Shown in pieces: positions 54,310-63,695 of a DNA stretch of 64,000 nt. Below the pieces are notes generated by a model. It saw nothing but the letters and a program-made list of their open reading frames with translations, had not been told where the DNA came from and searched no databases. Both the position numbers and the translations under genes were made by a program. The stretch is from Sedimentisphaerales bacterium. GTDB lineage: Bacteria > Planctomycetota > Phycisphaerae > Sedimentisphaerales > SM23-30. The stretch is taken from positions 128,001 to 192,000 of the forward strand of contig CAXXFK010000028.1 in NCBI GenBank assembly GCA_963663965.2. The letters run 5' to 3'. The first letter of the stretch is position 1; the number at the start of each line of letters is the position of its first letter.

Positions 54310-56245
54310 GTAGCGCCAGGTAACTGGCAAGGAGTAGCGGATGCAAGAGCCGTACAATGAAGGTTTAGCAAACCACATTGGCCCCGAGTCATGTGGGCAT
54401 ACCGGTAACGGTATGCTTGAAGCGTTGACAGGGGAAGATGCGGGCTGGGTATTGAGCCGCGTAAGTTTGTACATTATAGAACGGAGTGCCGACGCTGTCG
54501 AAAATGTCGGAAGGCAACACCGGATGTCTTATTATCGCGAGAGACATTCCGGACTCCGCGCGGTCGAAGACCCCAGGCACGCATGGACACTTCTTGCACA
54601 GGAACTGGGAGATCCCTTGTTTGGCCTCAGGACACATTATCCTGTGGTCCGCACAGAAAATCCAATTGGAGTACTGCTGTGATGAACGAACAGGGGAAGT
54701 CGGACAGGCCCATAGTACCTAAGAAGTTCTCGAACAAAGAGGCTGGTTGCCATGCCTTGGCGGAGAGGATAGAGGGAAGGGGCCTGACCAAGGGCAATTC
54801 GTCTCTACTGCACAAGTGCCGGACACCGGGCCGGGAAAGCTTGCCAAACGCATTAGAACGAATACGACAGGCAGCCACCCGGGATAAACAGCTAAAGTTT
54901 ACTTCCCTGTGGCATCATGTCTATCATGTCGACCACCTGAGAGAAGAATTCTATCGCATTAAGCGGCAGGCTTCCCCGGGTGTGGACGACCAGACATGGC
55001 AAGAGTATGAGGCCGGGTTAGAGAACAATCTCAATAGCCTGGCAGAACGACTGAGAAAGGGGGCATATCGGGCAAAACCGGTAAGGCGGGTATTCATCCC
55101 CAAACCGGATGGACGCCAGCGTCCCATTGGTATTACTACCATTGAGGATAAAATCGTCCAGCGTAGCACGACTACGGTATTGAACGCTATTTATGAGGCT
55201 GACTTCAAAGGCTTCTCCTATGGCTTTCGTCCCGGTCGCAGTGCTCACAACGCCTTAGATGCTCTCTATGTCGGCATACTCAAGCGTAAGATAAACTGGG
55301 TACTCGACGCTGACATCAGCGGCTTCTTTGATGCCATCGATCACGATTGGCTGATTAGATTCGTCGAGCACCGAATCGGAGACCCGCGAGTAGTACGGCA
55401 TATCAAGAAATGGTTGAATGCTGGAGTCGTGGAAGAAGACAAACTTCTGCAGATCAAGGAAGGCACCCCGCAAGGTGGGAGCATATCGCCATTGCTGGCG
55501 AATATCTACCTTCATTATGTATTTGATCTGTGGGCTGACCAATGGCGAAAGCGTAACGCCAAAGGGCATATGATTATCGTTCGATATGCTGACGATATCG
55601 TTGTCGGATTCCAATATCAATCGGATGCCAATAGATTTCATACGGACCTGCAGAATCGATTTGGCAAGTTCAAGTTGAAGCTTCATCCGGCCAAAACCCG
55701 GCTCATTCAGTTCGGCCGCTATGCGACAGAACGAAGGACTACTCAAGGTAAAGGCAAGCCTGAGACATTCGACTTTCTTGGCTTTACGCACATCTGTTCC
55801 AAGTCAAGTAAAGGTCGGTTTATGTTGCTCCGGTTGCCGATGAGAAAGCGGGTGCAGGCCAAGCTAAAGGAAATCAAGGAACAGCTCAAATACCGGCGCT
55901 ATACCTCGATTCCGGAGATGGGCCAGTGGCTTCACTCTGTTATCAGCGGCTGGTACCGATACTACGCCGTTCCTAATACATCTCGCTATCTTGGCACCTT
56001 TCGCCGTAGGGTCGCCTGGCTTTGGTTCAGAGCGTTAAGAAGACGCAGTCAACGAAGCCGCATGACCTGGAGGCGAATGTACCAACTGATAGCAAGATGG
56101 CTTCCGCAGCCTAAAATTCTGCATCCGTACCCCCAGGCACGCTTACAAGCTGCTCGTTATGACCCGAGGTAGGAGCCGTATGCGGTAGTTCCGCTCGTAC
56201 GGATCTGTGCGGGGGGCTGGGAGTAATCCCAGTCCCTACCGCGAC
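54310..56245 (+). mobile_element. Group II intron
   Basis: Domain V GAGCCGTATGCGGTAGTTCCGCTCGTACGGATC (from ~56173); domain VI ending ..CCCTACCGCGAC; RT ORF inside; boundaries defined by restoring the IS256 TIR. Confidence 0.9.
54682..56172 (+). CDS. ltrA: Group II intron reverse transcriptase/maturase, no endonuclease domain
   Basis: IPKPDGRQRPIGI, SYGFRPGR, DADISGFFD, GTPQGGSISPLLANIYL, RYADD, FDFLGF, GWYRYY; no HNH. Likely start MNEQGKSD. Confidence 0.95.
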   Translation: MNEQGKSDRPIVPKKFSNKEAGCHALAERIEGRGLTKGNSSLLHKCRTPGRESLPNALERIRQAATRDKQLKFTSLWHHVYHVDHLREEFYRIKRQASPGVDDQTWQEYEAGLENNLNSLAERLRKGAYRAKPVRRVFIPKPDGRQRPIGITTIEDKIVQRSTTTVLNAIYEADFKGFSYGFRPGRSAHNALDALYVGILKRKINWVLDADISGFFDAIDHDWLIRFVEHRIGDPRVVRHIKKWLNAGVVEEDKLLQIKEGTPQGGSISPLLANIYLHYVFDLWADQWRKRNAKGHMIIVRYADDIVVGFQYQSDANRFHTDLQNRFGKFKLKLHPAKTRLIQFGRYATERRTTQGKGKPETFDFLGFTHICSKSSKGRFMLLRLPMRKRVQAKLKEIKEQLKYRRYTSIPEMGQWLHSVISGWYRYYAVPNTSRYLGTFRRRVAWLWFRALRRRSQRSRMTWRRMYQLIARWLPQPKILHPYPQARLQAARYDPR

Positions 56246-56349
56246 CACATTTTTTATTAGTCTTTCATCTGGTAGAGTCTTTCAATGGAGGAGGGAGGGA
56301 CAACTCCCTGCCCTGCCTCCCCGAGGGGAGGCAAAAATTTATCGGACGA

Positions 56350-57591
56350 TCATGCCATGACCACCTCCTCTTTTTCAGCTTTTTTCTCCTTCTCCAACTC
56401 ATACAAATGATCCATATTCAAATAACGCCTCGTACCCCATTGGGTGCCGGCAATATGTCTCAGGCGGGCCGTGGCCAGCATCAGGGCCGAGTGACCATCC
56501 GGGAAATTGCCCACCACGCGCGTACGACGACGAATCTCACGCATGATCCGCTCCAGTGGATTATTGGTTCGCAACTGCCGCCAGTGCTTGTCGGGATATT
56601 GATAGTAAGTGAGTGTTTCGAGATAGCTTTCCTGGACCAATTCAGCGGCCTTGCCCAGTTTCATCTCCCGCAATTTGACAATCACTTGCTCGGCCTTCTG
56701 GATCGCCGCCTGGCGGTCTTCCTGGGCATGGATGGCCTTGAGCATGGCCGCGACCTCTCGCACCTTCTTGCGCGGCACATGACTGAACACGTTGCGATAC
56801 CAGTGGACCGTGCAGCGCTGCCAGTCGGCCTCCGGAAAAACCTCGGCCAGCGCGTCCACCAGACCCAGGCATTTGTCGGAAACAAACAGGCGAACACCCT
56901 GCAGGCCGCGGCGCTTTAAATCGCGTAAGAAACCGCCCCAACCGGCTTTATCCTCTTTGGCGCCCTCGCAGGAACCCAGCACTTCGCGATAGCCCTCCTG
57001 ATCGACGGCAATGGCCACCAGAATCGAAACATTCTTGACTTCGCCGCCCCAGCAACGTTTCAAAACGATGCCGTCCAGATAGACATAGGGATACGACCCT
57101 TCCAGTTTGCGGTTGCGCCATTGGTCGATCTGTTGATAGACTTTCTGATTCAGATTGCTGATGGTGCCCGCACTGACACGGGCGCCCCACAGGCTTTCGG
57201 CGATGTCTTCGATACGCCGGACCGAAACGCCGGCCAGATACATCTCGATCAGGGCCTCTTCTACCGAAGACTCCCGGCGTTTATAGCGCTCGATGATGGC
57301 GGTTTCAAAGGTCGTTTTTCGCAGCTTGGGCATCTTCAAATTCACTTCGCCGGTCGTCGTATGAAACTTACGCGGATAATAGCCCGCCCGGGTATCGGTG
57401 CGGGCCTGGGTATGTTCATAACGCTGGGCGTTGCAGAGCTGGTCCGCCTCGGCGTCCAGCAGGGCATTGAGCGTGTCTTCCACACTCTGGCGCACCATCT
57501 GGCCCAACTGATCCTTCATCTGGGATTGGTCGATTTTTAAAATTTGGTTCAAGTTCCTAACGTCACTGGTCGATTCTTCTGTTTGACTCAT
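56350..57591 (-). CDS. IS256-family (Mutator) transposase
   Basis: EMYLAGVSVRR, YVYLDG, FVSDKCLGL, WQRCTVH, TNNPLERIMREIRRRT. Confidence 0.96.
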   Translation of the reverse strand: MSQTEESTSDVRNLNQILKIDQSQMKDQLGQMVRQSVEDTLNALLDAEADQLCNAQRYEHTQARTDTRAGYYPRKFHTTTGEVNLKMPKLRKTTFETAIIERYKRRESSVEEALIEMYLAGVSVRRIEDIAESLWGARVSAGTISNLNQKVYQQIDQWRNRKLEGSYPYVYLDGIVLKRCWGGEVKNVSILVAIAVDQEGYREVLGSCEGAKEDKAGWGGFLRDLKRRGLQGVRLFVSDKCLGLVDALAEVFPEADWQRCTVHWYRNVFSHVPRKKVREVAAMLKAIHAQEDRQAAIQKAEQVIVKLREMKLGKAAELVQESYLETLTYYQYPDKHWRQLRTNNPLERIMREIRRRTRVVGNFPDGHSALMLATARLRHIAGTQWGTRRYLNMDHLYELEKEKKAEKEEVVMA

Positions 57592-57697
57592 AGTCAGTCC
57601 TTTCATTTGGTGGTAGGTTTCGGTTTCAAAAACTTCATCGACCAGATGAAGGACTGTTTTTACGGTGTCCTATAATATGTGCGAAAAATATTTTACC

Positions 57698-59359
57698 TTA
57701 TCCGAATATCTGCTGCATGTCATGTCCATTCTCGGTGTTTGTCGGATTCCAGGCGTTGAGTGTGCGGGCATTGTCTCTAAGCCGGTAAATATCCTCACTG
57801 TTTAGCCCCTTGGGATCTGCTAACAGGATATCGATTTGAGAAATAAGTGAGGGGATCTGGAGGGTCAGTTTTTGGTATTGCGACCAGGCTTGAAGCTTCT
57901 CCTGCATAAAGGTGATCTGGTTGGGGCTCAGTCCAAAGGGATACTTCACTGTTATAGCTGTGGTCTTTTTAGTATTAAGATCTTCTGCCTTCACATTGAT
58001 AATCATGCTGGCATCGATATCGAATGTTACCTCGATCTGAGGAGTGCCTCTTGGGGCGGGGGGAATGTCATTGAGAGTCAGGGTGCCCAAATACAGGTTA
58101 TCTTTAACAAATTCGCTTTCTCCCTGGTAAACATTCACATCGACCTTGGTTTGATCCATCGTTGCAGTAGTGAAGGTTTCGGAATTAGAAGTTGGTACGG
58201 TTGTATTCTTTTGGATAATACGATTAAAAACCCCGCCTTGAGTTTCCACGCCGTAAGTTGCAGGGACGATATCCAAGATAAGGGAATGCTCTTGTCCCAA
58301 TAGAATTTCAGCCTGAATAATGGCCCCCTCAGCCACACAGGTTATAATGTCAACACCGGTAAAGGGTTTAACCGATAGTTGTTCAGCGATATTCCGACGG
58401 AGCATTGGCATGTTACTGGCACCACCGATAAGTAATAATGCGTTCAGCTCTTCATACTGATGCTTGGTGCTTTTGAGTGCCTTTTTCAGTATAGTCACGG
58501 CGCGATTCATGAGGGATTCAGCATTTTTTTCGAATGCATCCCTTTCGATGACGACATCCAGAGCCTGAATTTCGTTGTTAATGGTCACGAAACCGGGGAG
58601 ATAAATCCTGGACGAAGGGGCGGTGCTCAGTTCAATTTTTGCCCGTTCAGCAGCCTCTCTGATAATTAGTTTTTGAGTGTGATCCAGGTTGGGTAATGAA
58701 CCACAGGTCAACTTGAGCTGATCGTGAATCATATCGACGATAACCTGATCGAAGTCATCGCCTCCTAGGGATGAGTCTCCTTCGATACATATAACGTCGT
58801 AACAATCTTCATCGACACTGACAACCGAGACATCCAGAGTGCCTGCTCCCATGTCACATACAAGTATGTTCCCGCAGATATCTTTATCGTGTCCGTATGC
58901 CAGAGCGGCGGCAGTAGCTTCATTCATCAGCCGATGAACATTTAAGCCGGCAATCTTAGCAGCTTCAATCGTTGCGCGTCGCTGGCTTTCACTGAAGTGG
59001 GAAGGAATAGCAATAACCACATCGTGGGCCTCCTGTCCCAGATACGCCTCCGCACGGAGTTTTAATTCCATAAGGATGTATGCCAGAATTTCTTGCGGAT
59101 AAGCCTTCCAGCCATCCCAGTCGGTCTCACTCATACGGCCAACCGACCGTTTGGCGGAACTAACCGTGATATGCGTTCCACGGTAACGGTCCGGGTGGCG
59201 CACGGCATTGTTGCCGGCAAAAATACCTCCATTTGGATTTACCAGAATCTGTGAGGGGATACTGTATACACCGTTTTTATCGGGTATAATCACAGGTTTG
59301 CCGTTTTCATAGAAGCCTACGACGGACTTTGATGTTCCCAAGTCGATACCTAAAATCAT
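57698..59359 (-). CDS. Hsp70-family protein (DnaK paralogue), 3' end probably truncated by IS256
   Basis: GIDLGTS, NEATAAALAYG, DMGAGTLDVS, LGGDDFD, GGASNMP, VYQGE, PPAPRGTPQIEVTFDID; stop codon lies inside the IS256 TIR. Confidence 0.9.
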   Translation of the reverse strand: MILGIDLGTSKSVVGFYENGKPVIIPDKNGVYSIPSQILVNPNGGIFAGNNAVRHPDRYRGTHITVSSAKRSVGRMSETDWDGWKAYPQEILAYILMELKLRAEAYLGQEAHDVVIAIPSHFSESQRRATIEAAKIAGLNVHRLMNEATAAALAYGHDKDICGNILVCDMGAGTLDVSVVSVDEDCYDVICIEGDSSLGGDDFDQVIVDMIHDQLKLTCGSLPNLDHTQKLIIREAAERAKIELSTAPSSRIYLPGFVTINNEIQALDVVIERDAFEKNAESLMNRAVTILKKALKSTKHQYEELNALLLIGGASNMPMLRRNIAEQLSVKPFTGVDIITCVAEGAIIQAEILLGQEHSLILDIVPATYGVETQGGVFNRIIQKNTTVPTSNSETFTTATMDQTKVDVNVYQGESEFVKDNLYLGTLTLNDIPPAPRGTPQIEVTFDIDASMIINVKAEDLNTKKTTAITVKYPFGLSPNQITFMQEKLQAWSQYQKLTLQIPSLISQIDILLADPKGLNSEDIYRLRDNARTLNAWNPTNTENGHDMQQIFG

Positions 59360-59454
59360 GTCGAATCTCCTAACAATGTCATCGTGGCAGGGGGAATTGC
59401 GGTTATCTTATAGGAATAATTCAATTTTGTTAAGTCTTTTTTGTTTTTTGACGT

Positions 59455-59913
59455 CTATGGTCTGCAATGGCCCCATTGTGAGCCAAAATGTGATTCCAGG
59501 CTCTTCCCAAAATTGTCGGGCCATAGATAATCCTTGACCTTGATGCCAATTGACGCCAGCAATTTCTGTACGAAATCCGTACAGTCCATATACGCAATTG
59601 TCCAGTCGGGGCCGTTGAGTCTCCAATCTTCAACAGCTTTCCTGATTTTACGGTATTCTAAACCGGAAATGGGAATTACAATAGAGCGCGTATAAAGATG
59701 CAGATTGTTCTGGAGTAACTCATTACGGATACCGTCTGGATAGAGTCCCCAGGCTTCAAGGCAGCATGACTTTTGGATGCCCGTGCATCGGTTGTTGCCA
59801 ATGGCGATCATGGCGTGGCCGAGTGTTCGGTTTCCAATGTTGGCGGGTCTGGTCATAACCATTAACTGGTAAGGAGCGTTTGCCGATGAAGGATTGGACG
59901 GATTGTTCATCAC
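59455..59913 (-). CDS. Small permuted papain-like (His...Cys) cysteine hydrolase, putative effector
   Basis: GHAMIAI..WGLYP..MDCTDFV..L; AGGAG RBS. Confidence 0.55.
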   Translation of the reverse strand: MMNNPSNPSSANAPYQLMVMTRPANIGNRTLGHAMIAIGNNRCTGIQKSCCLEAWGLYPDGIRNELLQNNLHLYTRSIVIPISGLEYRKIRKAVEDWRLNGPDWTIAYMDCTDFVQKLLASIGIKVKDYLWPDNFGKSLESHFGSQWGHCRP

Positions 59914-59929
59914 GGAATCTCCTGAATAT

Positions 59930-60994
59930 TTAATTTAATGTATAGTAGGCAAGCAGGACATGCTTTGACTCCTGTTGTCTGCACCTTAAAGTTACATTTT
60001 TATCTGAAAGCAGGTCTTTTTGCACATAACTATCGCCAGGCGATAAAACTGCAATCTGGTCACGACCGTTCTGATGGATTTCCACTGTAATTTTGACATT
60101 ATCGGGAATATCACTGGTCAGTCGCATAAACAAGGCATGCTTCCGGCCATTGTTGAAAGCAATTGGTATTTGTGCCTGTGGGGAAGCACAAATACCCGGC
60201 CAGATCCATTGCCTGCGTTTCCACTGGCCAAGGGTATCAGCTTGGGATGGGATATACAGTGGCAGTCCTTTCCAGACATCCAGGCATCTGATCAAGTGTT
60301 TAACGCAGTGTCCGGGATTGTCTTGTTGCCAAGCGGTTTTGAAATATTCCTGTTCGCAGATTTTGGTTTGTGAGGATCCGGATAGGCTTTCATATACAAA
60401 TCGTAGAAATGTCGACCAGTTCATATTGGGATCTCGCAAACATATCCTGGGAATATCAACCATTTCAGTAAGGTGATTCATGAGCTGGTCAAAAATTTGT
60501 CTGGAACGATGGCAAGCATGAATGGAATACAAGGGTGGCAGAAAATAGGGATCGATAATCAGGCGGCCATTATCGGACAGAATTGACACCAGCGGCATAT
60601 CGTATTCATTGTTATTTGAATCGGCAATGAGTTGTATATCCACAGCAGGCAAATCGATACTAATCCGTTCGGTTGGATTTGTGGCTGGTTTCGCTCTGGC
60701 GCGGATACCGATTATGCCGGAGGTATCCACTTGCAGATGCAGGCTGTCAGTGTTGATCCAATGACCGTTAACCAGCGCGGTCAAACCTGAGACAGTAAGG
60801 CAATGGCCCTCCATCTCGATACGGTCCATGGCTAATACTGTGTTGTGACTATTAAGCAGCCGGGCGAGCAGGTAGCAGGGATTGACCGAACCGGTCTGGC
60901 GCAAAAGAAGCTTGAGACTGTCGGCATCCAGGATGCCTCCTTGTTCGACTTGGCCACTTAAATACAGGCTGTGTTGGTCGTGGTTCAAGTTCAT
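59930..60994 (-). CDS. Hypothetical protein, divergent TssK-like baseplate subunit
   Basis: MPLVSIL..GRLIIDPYFLPPLYSI..QLMNHL recalls the TssK D-x-x-F-x-P-P segment; ATGA overlap with the upstream gene. Confidence 0.45.
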   Translation of the reverse strand: MNLNHDQHSLYLSGQVEQGGILDADSLKLLLRQTGSVNPCYLLARLLNSHNTVLAMDRIEMEGHCLTVSGLTALVNGHWINTDSLHLQVDTSGIIGIRARAKPATNPTERISIDLPAVDIQLIADSNNNEYDMPLVSILSDNGRLIIDPYFLPPLYSIHACHRSRQIFDQLMNHLTEMVDIPRICLRDPNMNWSTFLRFVYESLSGSSQTKICEQEYFKTAWQQDNPGHCVKHLIRCLDVWKGLPLYIPSQADTLGQWKRRQWIWPGICASPQAQIPIAFNNGRKHALFMRLTSDIPDNVKITVEIHQNGRDQIAVLSPGDSYVQKDLLSDKNVTLRCRQQESKHVLLAYYTLN

Positions 60995-62097
60995 CTGGTA
61001 TTCTCCTTAGCGGTTGTGTGGTATATGTTCAGGGACGGCAAGGTATTGACCAGTAACTTTGTTGCTGCCTGACGAAGTTGACGGGTATCGGTATCCTCGG
61101 GCCAGGTCAATTCAATCGCCCATATGAACCGGGTAGCGTACAGGCATGCCAGACGTTGGATAGATAAAGGCGCCTGGCCAAGAATTTCCCTTAACAGGGA
61201 CTTGATGGCTCCGGCATGGCCTCCGGTAACCGGAAGGCCGGCATCGACGACGCGGTGTTTTAAACTCAACCGCCTGGCAATGGATCTGGATCCGTGGGGG
61301 CCAACGACAGTCCAAGAGTGGCTTCTGGTCGGAATCGACCGGTTGGAATCTGTGAAGATATGGACATTGGAAACAATGTCAGGGCAAGGTGCCCTCTCAG
61401 AAGTGATCACAATTTTGTCATCTGGCTGTACATTTCGGGCAAACCTGAGTATGGACAGCCCATTCCAGATTCTTGAGGAATGGATCCGAACCGGAACCGT
61501 TGAAGATGCCACCTGCAGCGGCCGGTTAGCTCGGCGCTGATACAACAGACAGTGACTGGTGGGCCCACCAGGGGATAGTGTAATACCGTTTGGGCTTTTT
61601 TCCTGTTTCCAGTCCGATCCCGTTACTGCGCTCACATTTATCATGACGGCGTCAAGGTTGTCATCGATCACTTGAAGACTTCGCGGGGGATACAGAGGGA
61701 GCGGTCCTGATTGACTGACTTTAAAAAGAGCAAAATAACTTGGATTTTCATATGGAAGTGCTACTTTGACAGGTTCAACGATGGTTTTATCAAAGGTCGC
61801 AGTGCAATCGTCAATACCTGTCCATTCAGGGGCGGCAACTGGCAACCAGTCTGCCAACAGGCTTTGAACGATGTTCTTGTATTTGTCTAAGTTAATGTGG
61901 CTGTTAAGCGGGCTAAAAGTCACCTGGGCTTGCCGTCGAGGTGGTCGAATACACCAAAGGCAATGCCTGCTGCATAGTTTCACCGGCAGACTTCCAGCGT
62001 GTGTCAGATTAAGATCCATAGCACGCAGGGGAAGCTGCCGGGTAGCAAGGAATGCATTGAGCGAGTCAATATAAGTTTGGGTGTCGGTTATTGTCAT
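60991..62097 (-). CDS. Hypothetical protein, possibly a TssF/baseplate-wedge-like subunit
   Basis: Coupled by ATGA overlaps; weak likeness to TssF (SLLADWLPVAAP, MINVSAV); called mainly from context. Confidence 0.3.
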   Translation of the reverse strand: MTITDTQTYIDSLNAFLATRQLPLRAMDLNLTHAGSLPVKLCSRHCLWCIRPPRRQAQVTFSPLNSHINLDKYKNIVQSLLADWLPVAAPEWTGIDDCTATFDKTIVEPVKVALPYENPSYFALFKVSQSGPLPLYPPRSLQVIDDNLDAVMINVSAVTGSDWKQEKSPNGITLSPGGPTSHCLLYQRRANRPLQVASSTVPVRIHSSRIWNGLSILRFARNVQPDDKIVITSERAPCPDIVSNVHIFTDSNRSIPTRSHSWTVVGPHGSRSIARRLSLKHRVVDAGLPVTGGHAGAIKSLLREILGQAPLSIQRLACLYATRFIWAIELTWPEDTDTRQLRQAATKLLVNTLPSLNIYHTTAKENTR

Positions 62098-63230
62098 GCT
62101 TTGATCCTGACTTTATCTGAGCCGGGATCCAGGTGGATCCCATTGCCCATGATACTGATTTCCTTTTTACATGAACACATGGATGTCTTGTGGAATCGGG
62201 CCTGGATTTGCTCAAAATCCATATGGAAAGCTGCGGTTTTCAGTGCAAGCTGTTCTACCGGTTCTGACAGTTGACCGGGCAAGACGGCTACCGGACCAAT
62301 ATGTACTCCCTGGCAGGGTAACAGTGCTGTTAACCGGTCACCTGCTTCCAGGGGCAAGTCAAGTTTGTAAGCCTTCAAACCGGTCTGAATCAATTTGCCC
62401 AGAATGATCTGGCCTTGTCCATTACCTGAGATGATTTTAAGGAGGCAACCGCTGGGATCGATCACCTCCGCTTGAACCGGATGTACGCCTGAGGCATATA
62501 TAGCCACCGGGGGGGCCGGATTCATGCAGAATCCGGCATATGTTTCAAGTGAATTATTGCTATACTTAAGTTCGAACCGGTCGGCAGTACCTTCAATGTT
62601 TTTAACTTTGACCGTTTGTCCAGGAGTCGGCCAGGTACCGCTATTGATGCGAGACCAACAATAACTGTCATCAACGGATTCCATCCAGACGGGATCGAGA
62701 TAGAGCGGCTCAGTGCGATCCGTATTGCCAATCCGCAAGGTGCCTTTGGTATCTCTCCAAAACGCGGTATTGGTATAACTACAGATTGTGCTGATGATGT
62801 CGCAAGGATAGATTCCGTCAATCCAGACACCGGGCACCTTCTGGCGGTCCAGCACCGAGTCGATATCGGCATCGGATATATAGGTGGCGAGCACTTCGCT
62901 AAGAGGCATATCCTGCGTATCAGAAAAGCCAGCATATTGACGGTCTAGTGTTGTGATCGGATCGGAAAGTTGGAGAGTAACCGGAGCGTTACCTATGATA
63001 GGTTTATTAACACCTGTCACTTCGAGGTCCATGCAGATTGACTGAAATGTCAGTTTCAGTCTTGAGCCTTTCCTTATACTCAGAGCCGTTTCAGTCGGAA
63101 CGAGATGGGCTATACCCCTCGTCCAGATATTCACACCCCAGGTAAGGTTCAGTTGTTTAAGAATACAGATTTCACTTTCCTTTTTCAGGATGGGCGGTTT
63201 GAATGGTTGAAAGGCGTTGTTTTCAGTCAT
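62094..63230 (-). CDS. Divergent VgrG/baseplate hub-like protein
   Basis: Hub-like DMPLSEVL..DIISTIC..FWRD..GTLRIG, PGQTVKV, then OB-like VQAEVIDP..LPLEAGDRL and a short beta-rich tail; GGAGG before ATG 63230. Confidence 0.55.
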   Translation of the reverse strand: MTENNAFQPFKPPILKKESEICILKQLNLTWGVNIWTRGIAHLVPTETALSIRKGSRLKLTFQSICMDLEVTGVNKPIIGNAPVTLQLSDPITTLDRQYAGFSDTQDMPLSEVLATYISDADIDSVLDRQKVPGVWIDGIYPCDIISTICSYTNTAFWRDTKGTLRIGNTDRTEPLYLDPVWMESVDDSYCWSRINSGTWPTPGQTVKVKNIEGTADRFELKYSNNSLETYAGFCMNPAPPVAIYASGVHPVQAEVIDPSGCLLKIISGNGQGQIILGKLIQTGLKAYKLDLPLEAGDRLTALLPCQGVHIGPVAVLPGQLSEPVEQLALKTAAFHMDFEQIQARFHKTSMCSCKKEISIMGNGIHLDPGSDKVRIKA

Positions 63231-63280
63231 GTCAGTACGGGCCTCCAGATCAGGAACTCCGGTTATCTCCAAATCTTAAG

Positions 63281-63679
63281 CTATTTTTTTACAACAGTGT
63301 ATGTTGGGCGTGTCTTTGTTTGACCGCGGACCCAGAAATAGCCGTGCTCGTCCTCAGGTAAATCCCCACTGAACAGGACATCCTGAAATTCAACTTCACG
63401 GATACGGATAAGCTGTTCCTCACCATCAGCCGTCTGGGTCACATGGAATGTTTCAAACTTGACGGTGAGGCCATCATTTCCCACCCAATCTTCCAGGCCT
63501 GAACCGACCGGGGATCCCAGCAGGAAAACACAGGGCATCAACACTCCCTTGGAGTGAAGCACTCCTCCAGCGTCTTCTTCAGTGTCGTCTTCATTCCAGT
63601 TAAACTTGAACACGCAATAATTGACCTCTTCTGAACCAATATGAATGACGGTTTTTTTGAATTGTTTTTTATTAGCCAT
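63281..63679 (-). CDS. Hcp/TssD- or tail-tube-like protein
   Basis: 132 aa, beta-rich; EVNYCVFKF..LEDW..IREVEFQDVLF recalls TssD/tube proteins; sits between sheath-like and VgrG-like genes. Confidence 0.45.
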   Translation of the reverse strand: MANKKQFKKTVIHIGSEEVNYCVFKFNWNEDDTEEDAGGVLHSKGVLMPCVFLLGSPVGSGLEDWVGNDGLTVKFETFHVTQTADGEEQLIRIREVEFQDVLFSGDLPEDEHGYFWVRGQTKTRPTYTVVKK

Positions 63680-63695
63680 TGTTCATGGTCTCCTG

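Larger units (their letters stand above)
54289..57702 (-). mobile_element. IS256-family element with a group II intron inside one terminal inverted repeat
   Basis: TIRs GGTAGCGTCAAGAATCTTTCG|CACATT (54289-54309 + 56246-56251) and GATAAGGTAAAATATTTTTCGCACATA (reverse complement of 57676-57702) match 19/27. Confidence 0.85.

Noticed and set aside
54081..54392. 103-aa ORF as an intact gene
   Set aside because: Its first third is antisense intron/IS sequence; only the dockerin-like tail is a real gene remnant.
54682..56172. RT as retron, DGR or defence RT
   Set aside because: Maturase domain plus domain V/VI RNA directly after the stop identify a group II intron.
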